A stretch of 64,000 nt of DNA from an uncultured Candidatus Actinomarina sp. (GTDB lineage: Bacteria > Actinomycetota > Acidimicrobiia > Actinomarinales > Actinomarinaceae): assembly GCA_902580215.1 (NCBI GenBank), contig CACHJT010000002.1:72425-136424 (forward strand), in the 5' to 3' direction. A model generated the notes under the pieces. The model was not told the origin of the DNA, did not search any database, and was given only the letters and a program-made list of their open reading frames with translations. A program made the translations under genes and the position numbers. Position 1 is the stretch's first letter; every line of letters starts with the position of its first letter. This document shows, in pieces, positions 18,557-27,705 of this stretch.

Positions 18557-18850
18557 ATGAGTGAAGACAGGTATCCTAAACAAAACGAATCGATAAATAA
18601 TAAACACGAGGGAAACACACCTTCTTTTAAAAAACCTTTTAAAAAACCTATGTTTTGCAATGAAGAAAAATGCGATATTTCCAATTTCTCTGAAGACGTA
18701 GTCACTATGACTGGAAAAAGTTGGTCTAGGTTTATGAACATCCAAAATAGAAAGTTTACTGCGATTTCATGCTCTGAATGCAATTATACAGAGTTTTATA
18801 AAGGTAAATCTAAAGGCTGGGAAAGCGTAATAGATTTTTTGGGAAATTAA
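18557..18850 (+). CDS. Zn-ribbon protein (DUF2082/zinc_ribbon_13-like) with a Lys-rich N-terminal extension
   Basis: FCNEEKC ... SRFMNIQNRKFTAISCSECNYTEFYK resembles the small nucleic-acid-binding Zn-ribbon family (F-x-V-Q-N-x-K-F ... C-x2-C-G-Y-T-E-x-Y). Preferred over two overlapping antisense ORFs. Confidence 0.5.
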   Translation: MSEDRYPKQNESINNKHEGNTPSFKKPFKKPMFCNEEKCDISNFSEDVVTMTGKSWSRFMNIQNRKFTAISCSECNYTEFYKGKSKGWESVIDFLGN

Positions 18851-18856
18851 AAAGAT

Positions 18857-19705
18857 TTAAGCCTGAATCCAATCTTCAGGGTTATCATCAACAAAAAAAT
18901 CTGAGACAAGCTTTGCGTCTGGATCTATGGCGTATTGATCAAAATCAGAAACACCTTCTTCTTCAAGAACATCTTGATCTAAAAAGAAATTACCAGTACA
19001 AGTAGAGGAGTCTCTTTTTAAAACTGCATAAGCAGCATCTGCATAAATAGAAGGTTTTCTAGACCCCTTAACTAACTCAGCTCCAATAACGTTTCTTACA
19101 GCTGCTGTGTCAAGTGAAGTTCTTGGCCAAAGGCAATTGGATGCAACATTATGTTTTCCAAGTTCTTCAGCTAGACCATGTGCCACTAAAGACATTCCAT
19201 ATTTTGCGGTAGTGTAGGCAAGAGTCATACCAAACCACTTACGATCTATATCTAAAGGCGGAGATAGTGTCAAAATATGTGGATTATCTCCATTTTTAAG
19301 ATGGGGTATGCATTTTTGACTTAACATAAAAGTTCCGCGTACATTAATATTGTGCATCAAGTCGTATCTTTTCATTGGGGTATTGACAGTGTCAGTCAGG
19401 TGTATAGCACTGGCATTATTGATACAAATATCAATGCCACCAAACTTGCTTGCAGTTTCTTCTACAGCAGCCTCTACTTGCTCTTCGAACCTAATATCAC
19501 AAACTATTGGCAGCGCATTACCTCCAACTTGCTCTATCTCTTCTGCTGCGGTGAAAATTGTTCCCGGAAGAGTCGGATGAGGTTCTGTTGTTTTTGCTAA
19601 AATTGCAATATTTGCCCCATCTTTTCCAAGTGCCTTTGCTATTTCAAGACCTACTCCACGTGAGCCTCCGCTCATAATTACTGTTTTGTTTTTAAAATAT
19701 GTCAT
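18857..19705 (-). CDS. Short-chain dehydrogenase/reductase, HSDL2-like
   Basis: MSGGSRGVGLEIA cofactor motif, a YTTAKYG catalytic Y-x3-K, and end-to-end resemblance to the SDR domain of hydroxysteroid-dehydrogenase-like protein 2 (KTTEPHPTLPGTIFTAAEEIE). Confidence 0.85.
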   Translation of the reverse strand: MTYFKNKTVIMSGGSRGVGLEIAKALGKDGANIAILAKTTEPHPTLPGTIFTAAEEIEQVGGNALPIVCDIRFEEQVEAAVEETASKFGGIDICINNASAIHLTDTVNTPMKRYDLMHNINVRGTFMLSQKCIPHLKNGDNPHILTLSPPLDIDRKWFGMTLAYTTAKYGMSLVAHGLAEELGKHNVASNCLWPRTSLDTAAVRNVIGAELVKGSRKPSIYADAAYAVLKRDSSTCTGNFFLDQDVLEEEGVSDFDQYAIDPDAKLVSDFFVDDNPEDWIQA

Positions 19706-19717
19706 TTTTATATTCTA

Positions 19718-20977
19718 TTAAAATTGTGTATTCTCTGTAGAGTCTTTTTTTGAAAGTAGTTCTGATTCGTCTCCAAGTAAGGCTTCACCAATTCTTTCAT
19801 AGTAATTCCCACCAACTTCTTGTTGATGCTTTATCCCTGTGTAACCATCTTTTGACAAATCTTTTTCAAACTGTTGAAGTTCTAAGATTGCACTCATATT
19901 TCCACCTTTGTATTTTGATGCTAAGTCATACATTGAACTTGCTAATGAATGAAAACCGGCAAGAGAGACAAATTGTAATTTATATCCATATGAACTAAGT
20001 TCACTTTGGAAGTTTTCAATTTCTTTTTTAGTAAATTTATCTAACCAATTAAATGATGGAGAGCAATTATATGCAAGAATTTTATTTGGATGAGATTTTC
20101 TTATTTCATCAGCGAATTCTTTTGCAAAGCCTAAATCTGGAGTATTAGTTTCACACCATACTACATCTGCGTAATCAGCGTAGTTAAGTGATTTTGTTAT
20201 CGCCATCTCATGGTTGTTTTCAATTAAGAAGTACCCATCAGAAGTTCTATTTTTACTGAGATATTTACTGTCTCTATCATCAAAATCTGATGTCATTAGC
20301 TTTGCGTTCATTGCATCTGTTCTAGCAATGATGATTATTGGAACTCCTGAAACATCAGATGATAATCTTGCAGCATTAAGTTTTTTAATATATTCATGTG
20401 TAGGGATTACAACTTTCCCACCAACATGCCCACATTTTTTTTCAGAAGCAAGTTGGTCTTCAAAATGAATTCCGGATACTCCAGAATCTATAAATTGATT
20501 TGTAAGTTCGTATACATTATAAATTCCACCAAAACCAGACTCGCCATCAGCAATAATTGGAGGTAACTTTTTTTTATCTAGTTCTGCCATCCTTCTCAGG
20601 AGTGTATTATTAATTTTTTTCACAAAATTTGGAGTACTGTTTGATGGATAAAGTGATAAGTCTGGGTAAGTATTAACTCCCATGTTGCTCTCTGCCGCTA
20701 CTTGCCAACCACTTACATAAATTATTTCATAATCAAGATGGTACATTTGGAGAGCTTGTTGTGCTGTTGCAGCCCCCAATCCAGATACCCATAAATCTTC
20801 CCTACTAAGAAGATCCAAAAGTAGTCCAGACCCAATCTCAGATAAAGTGTGTTCTACTTTATACGAAGGTCTCAAAGAACAGATATCATTGACAGAGTAA
20901 TCTCTTTTTATGCCAAACCATCTCTTAGATGATAAGTACTCTTCTACAGTTTCAATTTGGTTAAAAGTTTGATTCAT
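19718..20977 (-). CDS. aceA: Isocitrate lyase
   Basis: ICL signature KKCGHVGGKV and a length of ~419 aa from ATG 20977. The track start at 21010 would overlap the upstream gene. Confidence 0.9.
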   Translation of the reverse strand: MNQTFNQIETVEEYLSSKRWFGIKRDYSVNDICSLRPSYKVEHTLSEIGSGLLLDLLSREDLWVSGLGAATAQQALQMYHLDYEIIYVSGWQVAAESNMGVNTYPDLSLYPSNSTPNFVKKINNTLLRRMAELDKKKLPPIIADGESGFGGIYNVYELTNQFIDSGVSGIHFEDQLASEKKCGHVGGKVVIPTHEYIKKLNAARLSSDVSGVPIIIIARTDAMNAKLMTSDFDDRDSKYLSKNRTSDGYFLIENNHEMAITKSLNYADYADVVWCETNTPDLGFAKEFADEIRKSHPNKILAYNCSPSFNWLDKFTKKEIENFQSELSSYGYKLQFVSLAGFHSLASSMYDLASKYKGGNMSAILELQQFEKDLSKDGYTGIKHQQEVGGNYYERIGEALLGDESELLSKKDSTENTQF

Positions 20978-20981
20978 AAAT

Positions 20982-22097
20982 TTAGTGTTGGCTTGCAGCC
21001 ACACTAGCAATTATAACAATAAGAGTCAACACTCCAGCAGACGCAATAAGAACTTCACTTCTTGTAATTTTTATCTTAGGAGCTGCACTCATTACACTTG
21101 CAAAAAGTAAAATTGCAGCTGAAATAATTAATGCAAATAGTGGTGCATATTCATGAAAGTTTAAAAATACTTGCGCAATAGCAACCGCAATTAGACCACC
21201 AACAACTATTGATCCCAATGGAATCACGATTGAGCCAACAATTCTCTGGCGAATTTTTTGAGCTTCAGAATCCTCAAAATCTTCAAGCCCTTTAGGAACA
21301 CCAAGTAGCATTGTCAAGGTAGAGATCGCAGCTTGAACAAAAGTTGATAAGATTACAACCCTCCAAAAAGCGCTACCAACTGTGATTAAATTTATTACCG
21401 GATCATCAGGAAGAACAGGTTCTATTGTTTGCCCAACGCTATTAATTATAAAAAATGCTGTTGAGGAACCTAAGACTAAACCTAGCCCCCCACCAGTAAA
21501 TACAGATTCTCTATCAGAAGTAAGTATGCCAAAACCATCAAAATTTGAATCCAAAAACTTTTTAACATTCAATGAATTAAGTATTCCAAGAAAGCTAGTA
21601 GATAGTGAGATGATTATAACAAATGACACAGCATCATATTCTGCTATTAACTTCTGTGTTTCAGCTTCGAGTATTAGTCCATCGTAGAGATAAGAGCTTG
21701 AAAGAAGCCCCTGGACAAATCCAGCTATAACTCCAAAACCCAATCCAAATTTTAAAGACCTTAATAATTTCTGACTAATACTTACAGGAGGTGGCAAGTC
21801 TTCTTTTATTAAAACTGCTGTTTGAATTTGTTCAACAAGATTTTCAGGTTCTTCTACTTCAACGGGTTCATCTACTTGCTCTTCTACTGGAGTAGAAGTG
21901 TCTTCGACTACCACCTGTGATTCTGATACTGTTTCATTAGCTGGCGCTGCTTGGATAGCCTCACCACCAGTCCAGCTGTTTAGAACATCATTTACAGAAA
22001 CCCCAGATGCTTCAGCCCTTGCTTGTGCAGACCGTGATACCAACATTTGAGGAATACCACTGCTTGAGCTAATTTGATCTACTAATTTTTCATCCAT
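20982..22097 (-). CDS. Hypothetical membrane protein: soluble N-terminal ~50 aa, acidic linker, ~7 TM segments
   Basis: A 371-aa ORF lying between the ctaG-like gene and aceA on the same strand, with spacers of 18 nt and 4 nt. No family recognised. Confidence 0.5.
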   Translation of the reverse strand: MDEKLVDQISSSSGIPQMLVSRSAQARAEASGVSVNDVLNSWTGGEAIQAAPANETVSESQVVVEDTSTPVEEQVDEPVEVEEPENLVEQIQTAVLIKEDLPPPVSISQKLLRSLKFGLGFGVIAGFVQGLLSSSYLYDGLILEAETQKLIAEYDAVSFVIIISLSTSFLGILNSLNVKKFLDSNFDGFGILTSDRESVFTGGGLGLVLGSSTAFFIINSVGQTIEPVLPDDPVINLITVGSAFWRVVILSTFVQAAISTLTMLLGVPKGLEDFEDSEAQKIRQRIVGSIVIPLGSIVVGGLIAVAIAQVFLNFHEYAPLFALIISAAILLFASVMSAAPKIKITRSEVLIASAGVLTLIVIIASVAASQH

Positions 22098-22115
22098 AAT
22101 AAAATCTATATAATT

Positions 22116-22895
22116 CTAGTCATTTGAGTTGTTTCTCACTACATCATCAAACGTTTTTTCATCTTGGTACCATCTCATCCAAATAACTAGGATTGAAATC
22201 CACAAAATAATTCCTCCACCAAGTTTTAATATCAAACCTGCCAATGTCTGGTCATTAATTACTGAAATGCTGAATATGTTTTCACTCATGACGTATGCTG
22301 AATAAAGTGGTTCTGTGCCAAAAGCTAGAAAACTTGCTGGTATTGTTGGCAATAATGATTGTAAAAATAAGTATCCTATTTTTGCAGCCGAGTTTATTGG
22401 CCTAATTTCATCATTAAACCCTATTACTGGCACCCACATGTTTAATGAGACCAAAAGCATTATCGAGTGTATAAAAAAATGTGCAATAGTGTTTGTTACC
22501 ATTAGATTCACAACAGAGGACCAATGCATTCCCACCATTACAAAATTAAACATAAAAAAAGCAACTACAGGCTTAGACGTTATTTTTAAAGTTTTAATAA
22601 ATGGTTTTACTGAAATAAGCTCTTTCATGTCCCTATGCATACCCATTAATAAAAGAGGAGGGGAAACTAAAGCCAAAACAAGGTGTTCTACAGAATGAAC
22701 CCAAAACAAGTATTTTTCTCCAATATCATGTATTGGGTAATCAGTGAATATCCAGAGTGCTATTAGGCCCGAGTACCATGTTTTTCTTTTAGGTTTTTTT
22801 AGATGCTCTTTATTAGTAGTAAATTCAAAAAATACTACAAGAGTTACAATCAAAGCCCATACGTCATAGTGAGGATGCCAAGGTAAGTTCTGCAT
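22116..22895 (-). CDS. ctaG: Cytochrome c oxidase assembly factor, Caa3_CtaG family
   Basis: A polytopic 259-aa protein with the VHSVEHLVLALVSPPLLLMG motif (H-x2-H-L ... P-P-L-L) typical of Caa3_CtaG. It follows directly after ctaF. Confidence 0.65.
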   Translation of the reverse strand: MQNLPWHPHYDVWALIVTLVVFFEFTTNKEHLKKPKRKTWYSGLIALWIFTDYPIHDIGEKYLFWVHSVEHLVLALVSPPLLLMGMHRDMKELISVKPFIKTLKITSKPVVAFFMFNFVMVGMHWSSVVNLMVTNTIAHFFIHSIMLLVSLNMWVPVIGFNDEIRPINSAAKIGYLFLQSLLPTIPASFLAFGTEPLYSAYVMSENIFSISVINDQTLAGLILKLGGGIILWISILVIWMRWYQDEKTFDDVVRNNSND

Positions 22896-22902
22896 TTAAA
22901 AC

Positions 22903-23202
22903 CTAAAAATAATTCGCTGAAGCTCTTTCGACCATGACGATAGTAAAAAGTATCAAAGCTAAGATCATACCGCCAACAAAGAACCTATTAATTGTCTTAT
23001 TTTCGTAACGCAGATGCATAAACCAACCCACCACAATTATGAATTTTCCTACTGCTAAAAATATCAAAAGTGGATCAGTGAAAACACCAACAATGTCTTC
23101 TGTGTAATAAAGAGCTATCTCAATTGCAGTTAAAACACCAAGTACGATTGCTATTTGAACATATTTTTTTGGAGTCGGGTGTTCTATGTGATTATCGGAC
23201 AT
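22903..23202 (-). CDS. ctaF: Cytochrome c oxidase subunit IV (prokaryotic COX4_pro type)
   Basis: 99 aa with 3 TM segments. The N-terminal HPTPKKYVQIAIVLGVLTAIEIALYY is typical of Bacillus-type subunit IV. It lies 1 nt after ctaE. Confidence 0.65.
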   Translation of the reverse strand: MSDNHIEHPTPKKYVQIAIVLGVLTAIEIALYYTEDIVGVFTDPLLIFLAVGKFIIVVGWFMHLRYENKTINRFFVGGMILALILFTIVMVERASANYF

Positions 23203-23203
23203 A

Positions 23204-23788
23204 TCAAATTAAGTAAACTACTGTAAACAATACTATCCAGACAATGTCAACAAAGTGCCAATAAAGCGCAACAAATTCAAGATTCATTCCACCTTCAAGT
23301 GTTAACCCTTTTTGTCTTTGACCAATTCCCCATAATGCTAAAAGTAAGACTACACCAATAAAAACATGCAATCCATGAAAGCCAGTTAATACGTAAAAGG
23401 ATGAACTAAAGATATTTGTTGTTAGCTCAAAACCTTTATGATAAAACTCTGTAAATTCGTATATTTGTCCTGCTAAAAATACTGCGCCTAACATTGCTGT
23501 TGCTAGAAGCCATACTCTTGTTTTTTCTTGATCATTTGCTTCTAATGCATTGTGAGCCAACACCATAGTTAATGAACTCATTAACAAAATAAATGAGCTA
23601 ATGGATGTAAATGGAATATCATACACATCTGTTAATTTCATTCCAGGAAAGTCGCTTCCTTTAAATATCATAAAGGTGGTAATTAATGTGCCAAAAAACA
23701 ATATTTCAGTGGATAAAAATACCCACATACCAAGTTTTCTGGTTTCTACACCTGTGGGTTCATGTGGATAGGAGTGAGAGCTACTCAT
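23204..23788 (-). CDS. ctaE: Cytochrome c oxidase subunit III (short, 5-TM form)
   Basis: 194 aa with subunit III motifs (FFGTLI, GFHGLHVFIGV, YWHFVDIVW). Confidence 0.85.
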   Translation of the reverse strand: MSSSHSYPHEPTGVETRKLGMWVFLSTEILFFGTLITTFMIFKGSDFPGMKLTDVYDIPFTSISSFILLMSSLTMVLAHNALEANDQEKTRVWLLATAMLGAVFLAGQIYEFTEFYHKGFELTTNIFSSSFYVLTGFHGLHVFIGVVLLLALWGIGQRQKGLTLEGGMNLEFVALYWHFVDIVWIVLFTVVYLI

Positions 23789-25739
23789 CTGAGTCTATAT
23801 GGATTTCTTCTTCAAGCGGTTCTGTTCCCCAACCAAATCCCCCTATGAGTAACAACACTGTACCAATTAAAGCTAATGGAATAGATTTATAAATAACTGC
23901 ATACCCTAAAAATGGGAGACCAGATGCCAGGACAATCGGGAAATATGAAGGATTAGGTAAAGCGATATGTTCACTAGGGTTTAGGCCATCTTCTTCTAAT
24001 TCAAGAAGTATCTGATCAGCTTCTTCACGTCTAACTGCTCTGCCTTCTTCATCTTCAGAATATTTAGTGTGCCAGAAGTCATCAAGTGATTTAACAATAG
24101 GTGCTGTTGAAAAATTCCAAACAGGTGTAGGTGATGGAATGGCCCATTCTAACGTCCTTGCATCCCAAGGGTCAAATGGAGCTTTTTCTCCGGTTCTTTT
24201 TGAGAAAATCCAATTGATCATGAAAACAATAATTGACAAAGCGATGATAAAAGCCCCGACTGTTACAACAATATTCCAGAATTGTAAGTTTGTTTCTTCT
24301 GCATATACCCAGGTACGTCTTACCTGACCTTGAAGCCCTAACCAATGCATTGGTCCAAAAGTAAGATTAAAACCAATCATCATTAGCCAAAAGTGTATCT
24401 TTCCAAGCGACTCGTTATACATTTTGCCCCAAACTTTTGGAAACCAATAATAAAGTCCAGAAAAAATTCCAAACAAAGCTCCACCAAATAAAACGTAGTG
24501 AAAGTGAGCTACAACATAGTAGGTATCTGTTTGCTGTGTATCAGCTGGAACTATTGAGTGAGTTACACCACTCAAACCACCAATTACAAACATACCTATA
24601 AAACCTAATGAAAACAGCATTGGGGTATTCAGCTTTAGCTTTCCTCCCCATATTGTGCCAAGCCAATTAAATATTTTTACACCTGTTGGGACAGCAATAA
24701 CCATTGTTGATAAACCAAAACCAGCTTGAGCAACTGGGCTAATCGCAGAAGCAAACATGTGGTGAGCCCACACTCCAAAACCTATAAACGCAATTCCAAA
24801 TCCTGCAAAAACTATTGCAGCATAACCAAAAAGTGGCTTTCTTGAAAAAGTTGGAAGAACTTCCGAGACAATTCCAAATGCAGGCAGGATTAGAATATAA
24901 ACTTCTGGATGTCCAAATAGCCAGAAAAGATGCTGCCATAAAATTGGATCACCTCCGCCTTCTGTTAAGAAAAACGTAGTTCCAAATTTTCTATCAAATG
25001 TTACATAGAAGAGTGCTATTGCAATTATTGGTAAAGAAAATGCAAGCAAAAAAGAGACAGCAAAAGTCATCCAAGTAAATACTGGCATTCTCATAAACCG
25101 CATGCCTTCTGTTCTCATGTTGATAATGGTTGTAATAAAATTGAATGCAGAAATTAAAGAAGCTATTCCAAGTATCTGTAGCCCTATAGCCCAATAATCC
25201 ATGGCAGTCCCTGGGGAGTATTTCATACCTGCATTTGGTTGATATCCAAACCAACCCCCGTTAGGTGCTGAGCCTAGCCAACCAACTTCCTCAGCTAAGT
25301 ATCCGCCCTCTGGTGCTCCTGCAGTACCAAATATAAATGTAGAATATAAAAATGCTCCTCCGAAAATAAATATCCAGAAGGAAAGAGCATTTAGCCTTGG
25401 AAAAGCAACATCACGCGCTCCAATTTGTAGCGGAAGAAGATAATTAAAGAAGGCAGCACTAATTGGCATAATTGCCAAGAAAATCATCGTGGTTCCGTGC
25501 ATTGTAAACATTGCATTGTACTCTGCCGCTGTTAAGAAATTGTTATCTGGTTGTGAAAGCTGAATCCTAAGAATGAGCGCTTCAAGCCCACCAATCAAAA
25601 GAAAGAAAAACGCTGCATAACCATACATTATTCCAATTCTTTTATGATCTACAGTAGTTATCCAACTCCATATACCAGTTTCAGAAGAAGGCCTTCTGAA
25701 AATACTGCTTTGTTTACTCGGTTCTATTATTTTTGTCAT
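23781..25739 (-). CDS. ctaD: Cytochrome c oxidase subunit I with a ~90-aa C-terminal two-helix extension
   Basis: Heme-copper oxidase motifs (WFFGHPEVYILILP, HHMF, VVAHFHYV). The 652-aa length includes a tail, LPNPSYFPIVLASGLPFLGYAVI... Confidence 0.95.
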   Translation of the reverse strand: MTKIIEPSKQSSIFRRPSSETGIWSWITTVDHKRIGIMYGYAAFFFLLIGGLEALILRIQLSQPDNNFLTAAEYNAMFTMHGTTMIFLAIMPISAAFFNYLLPLQIGARDVAFPRLNALSFWIFIFGGAFLYSTFIFGTAGAPEGGYLAEEVGWLGSAPNGGWFGYQPNAGMKYSPGTAMDYWAIGLQILGIASLISAFNFITTIINMRTEGMRFMRMPVFTWMTFAVSFLLAFSLPIIAIALFYVTFDRKFGTTFFLTEGGGDPILWQHLFWLFGHPEVYILILPAFGIVSEVLPTFSRKPLFGYAAIVFAGFGIAFIGFGVWAHHMFASAISPVAQAGFGLSTMVIAVPTGVKIFNWLGTIWGGKLKLNTPMLFSLGFIGMFVIGGLSGVTHSIVPADTQQTDTYYVVAHFHYVLFGGALFGIFSGLYYWFPKVWGKMYNESLGKIHFWLMMIGFNLTFGPMHWLGLQGQVRRTWVYAEETNLQFWNIVVTVGAFIIALSIIVFMINWIFSKRTGEKAPFDPWDARTLEWAIPSPTPVWNFSTAPIVKSLDDFWHTKYSEDEEGRAVRREEADQILLELEEDGLNPSEHIALPNPSYFPIVLASGLPFLGYAVIYKSIPLALIGTVLLLIGGFGWGTEPLEEEIHIDSDE

Positions 25740-26749
25740 TTAAGTGTTCCTAAATACGCAATTAAAGCATTTATTTCTGCTTCAGTCAATTCTAGGTTAG
25801 GCATAAATGTACCCGGTTTTATTTCAGCAGGATTTGCAAGCCATTTGCTAAGATTTTCTTCATTGTTGTAAAGTGCTGCTCCAGCAAAAACATTTCTATT
25901 AGCAAAGTGAGTTAAATTCGGAGCTATTCTGTCACCCTGTACATCCCAAACTCCATCAATAACATGACACTGTGTACATCCAGCATTTAGGTAAACCTGT
26001 TGACCTTCAGCAGCTAATGAATTTCCTTCGAGTTTATTAGCATTTTGCTGTTGATTTTTTACCCATGCATCAAAATCAGATTCTGAAAGCGAAAGCACAC
26101 GACCACGCATTTTAGAGTGGCTTAAACCACAGTATTCACCACACTGTGCCCAGAACTCATTTGGTGAATCAGCGTGTAAATTTAAATATGTAGTTTGTCC
26201 TGGAACAAGATATCTTTTTCCATTTAATTTAGGAACCCAGTAATTGTGGAGTACATCATTAGACCACATTTCAAGCCTTATTGGTTTGTCAGCTGGAATG
26301 ACTAATACGTTTGCAGTCGTTATATCATAATCCGGGTATTTGTATTCGAACCACCATTGGTGACCAATTACCTCAATTTTTAGAGCGTCTTCAGGTTCGT
26401 TTGCTAGATCAAAAATTGTTCTAACGGTGGGTACTGCAATAACTGCCAAAATAATTACTGGAATGACTGTCCATAGAATTTCTAGTTTAGTGTTTCCATG
26501 TATCTGTTTCGGTTCAGGGCTATCTGGTTTTTCTTTAAAAACAAAAACAGACAGAAGTAAAGCACCTTGGACAATTACAAAAATTACTACAGCTATCCAA
26601 AAAGTTAACCAAAATAATTCATCTATTGATCTTGCATAGGGGCCCTCAGGACTTAAAGAATCTAAAGGGGCATTTTCGATACAAGCAGATAAGAGTATCA
26701 AAGCCGAAAATTTTAAATTCTTTAACTTAAAAATGTTTTTCACAAGCAT
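25736..26749 (-). CDS. ctaC: Cytochrome c oxidase subunit II with a fused C-terminal cytochrome c domain (caa3 type), lipoprotein signal
   Basis: CuA site (CGEYCGLSHSKM) and heme c motif (CTQCH). I prefer the start at ATG 26749, giving MLVKNIFKLKNLKFSALILLSAC with a lipobox. The track start at 26806 would leave only 15 nt to the divergent ctaB. Confidence 0.9.
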   Translation of the reverse strand: MLVKNIFKLKNLKFSALILLSACIENAPLDSLSPEGPYARSIDELFWLTFWIAVVIFVIVQGALLLSVFVFKEKPDSPEPKQIHGNTKLEILWTVIPVIILAVIAVPTVRTIFDLANEPEDALKIEVIGHQWWFEYKYPDYDITTANVLVIPADKPIRLEMWSNDVLHNYWVPKLNGKRYLVPGQTTYLNLHADSPNEFWAQCGEYCGLSHSKMRGRVLSLSESDFDAWVKNQQQNANKLEGNSLAAEGQQVYLNAGCTQCHVIDGVWDVQGDRIAPNLTHFANRNVFAGAALYNNEENLSKWLANPAEIKPGTFMPNLELTEAEINALIAYLGTLK

Positions 26750-26821
26750 ATTTATATTATCAACAATTATTAAGAATAGCGTTGAAACTATATATAGTGT
26801 AATCATAAGTACTATGTCGTT

Positions 26822-27703
26822 ATGGAAACTGTTACCAAAAAAAACATATCAAAATATATAAGGCTTTCAAAATTAAGAATTGTTGAGCTTTTATTAATTA
26901 CAACAGTTCCATCAATGATTGTATCAATATATGGCTTTCCACCTCTCGAATTAATAGTGTTCACTCTACTAGGTGGTACCTTATTAGCTGTCAGTGCAAA
27001 TGTTCTAAACCAAATATTTGAAATCGAAACTGACAGACTTATGGAGAGAACAGCAAACAGACCACTTGTAACTGGAGAGATTAATAAAAAAAGTGCCTAT
27101 GTTTATTCGATTTCCCTTGGGTTTGTAGGATTTCTAGTTTTGTACACCCAAACAACAGAACTTGCTGCATTTATTGCTCTTTCCGCAAATATTTTTTACT
27201 CATTTATTTACACTCTTGTTTTAAAGCCAAGAACAAATCAAAATATAGTCATAGGAGGAGCTGCGGGCGCAGCCCCAGTTCTAATAGGGTGGTCTGCTAC
27301 TGGTACAAATTTAGATACTGGTTCGTGGCTTTTGTTTTTATTAGTTTTTCTTTGGACTCCAGCTCATTTTTGGGCTTTATCAATTGATATGTTAAATGAT
27401 TATAAAGATGCAAACTTTCCCATGTTGCCAACTCAAGAATCATACAAAAGAACATCAATATTTATTGGAATATATTCTTGCGCAACGGTATTGACTTCAC
27501 TATTACTTGCTCCAATTCTTCAATTAGGAATGGTATATCTCATGCTGTCACTTATTTTTGGATTGTATTTGATGTATAAGTCATACCAGCTTTATAGAAA
27601 ACAAATTAAAGCAATTTCTTATTTTGTATTTTCAAATACATACCTTGCCGTAATTTTTCTATCTATGGTCGCAGATATATTTATAACTTTGAGTAGTATC
27701 TAA
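26822..27703 (+). CDS. ctaB: Protoheme IX farnesyltransferase (heme O synthase)
   Basis: UbiA-family motif NQIFEIETDRLMERTANRPLVTGEI in a 293-aa polytopic protein, divergent from ctaC. Confidence 0.9.
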   Translation: METVTKKNISKYIRLSKLRIVELLLITTVPSMIVSIYGFPPLELIVFTLLGGTLLAVSANVLNQIFEIETDRLMERTANRPLVTGEINKKSAYVYSISLGFVGFLVLYTQTTELAAFIALSANIFYSFIYTLVLKPRTNQNIVIGGAAGAAPVLIGWSATGTNLDTGSWLLFLLVFLWTPAHFWALSIDMLNDYKDANFPMLPTQESYKRTSIFIGIYSCATVLTSLLLAPILQLGMVYLMLSLIFGLYLMYKSYQLYRKQIKAISYFVFSNTYLAVIFLSMVADIFITLSSI

Positions 27704-27705
27704 AT

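Noticed and set aside
18533-18783. Two overlapping minus-strand ORFs (70 and 79 aa) opposite the Zn-ribbon gene.
   Set aside because: The plus-strand ORF has a recognisable Zn-ribbon family motif. The minus-strand products are hydrophobic and low-complexity and overlap each other in different frames.
18841-18880. A possible intrinsic terminator for the minus-strand SDR gene: the hairpin CCTGAA-N7-TTCAGG (18862-18880), followed on the minus strand by CTTAAATCTTTTTAATTT.
   Set aside because: The stem is only 6 bp with 3 G:C pairs, lies inside the coding 3' end, and has its T-run separated from the stem by ~8 nt. It is too weak to call.
20978-21010. An eleven-codon N-terminal extension of isocitrate lyase in the track (MLVWLQANTKF-).
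   Set aside because: It uses a non-ATG start and overlaps the 3' end of the upstream gene by 29 nt. ATG 20977 gives a normal ICL N-terminus 4 nt after the upstream stop.
26750-26806. A nineteen-codon N-terminal extension of ctaC in the track.
   Set aside because: The internal ATG 26749 yields a textbook lipoprotein signal peptide (K-rich n-region, lipobox LLSAC). It also leaves 72 nt rather than 15 nt for the divergent ctaC/ctaB promoters. The longer form cannot be excluded.
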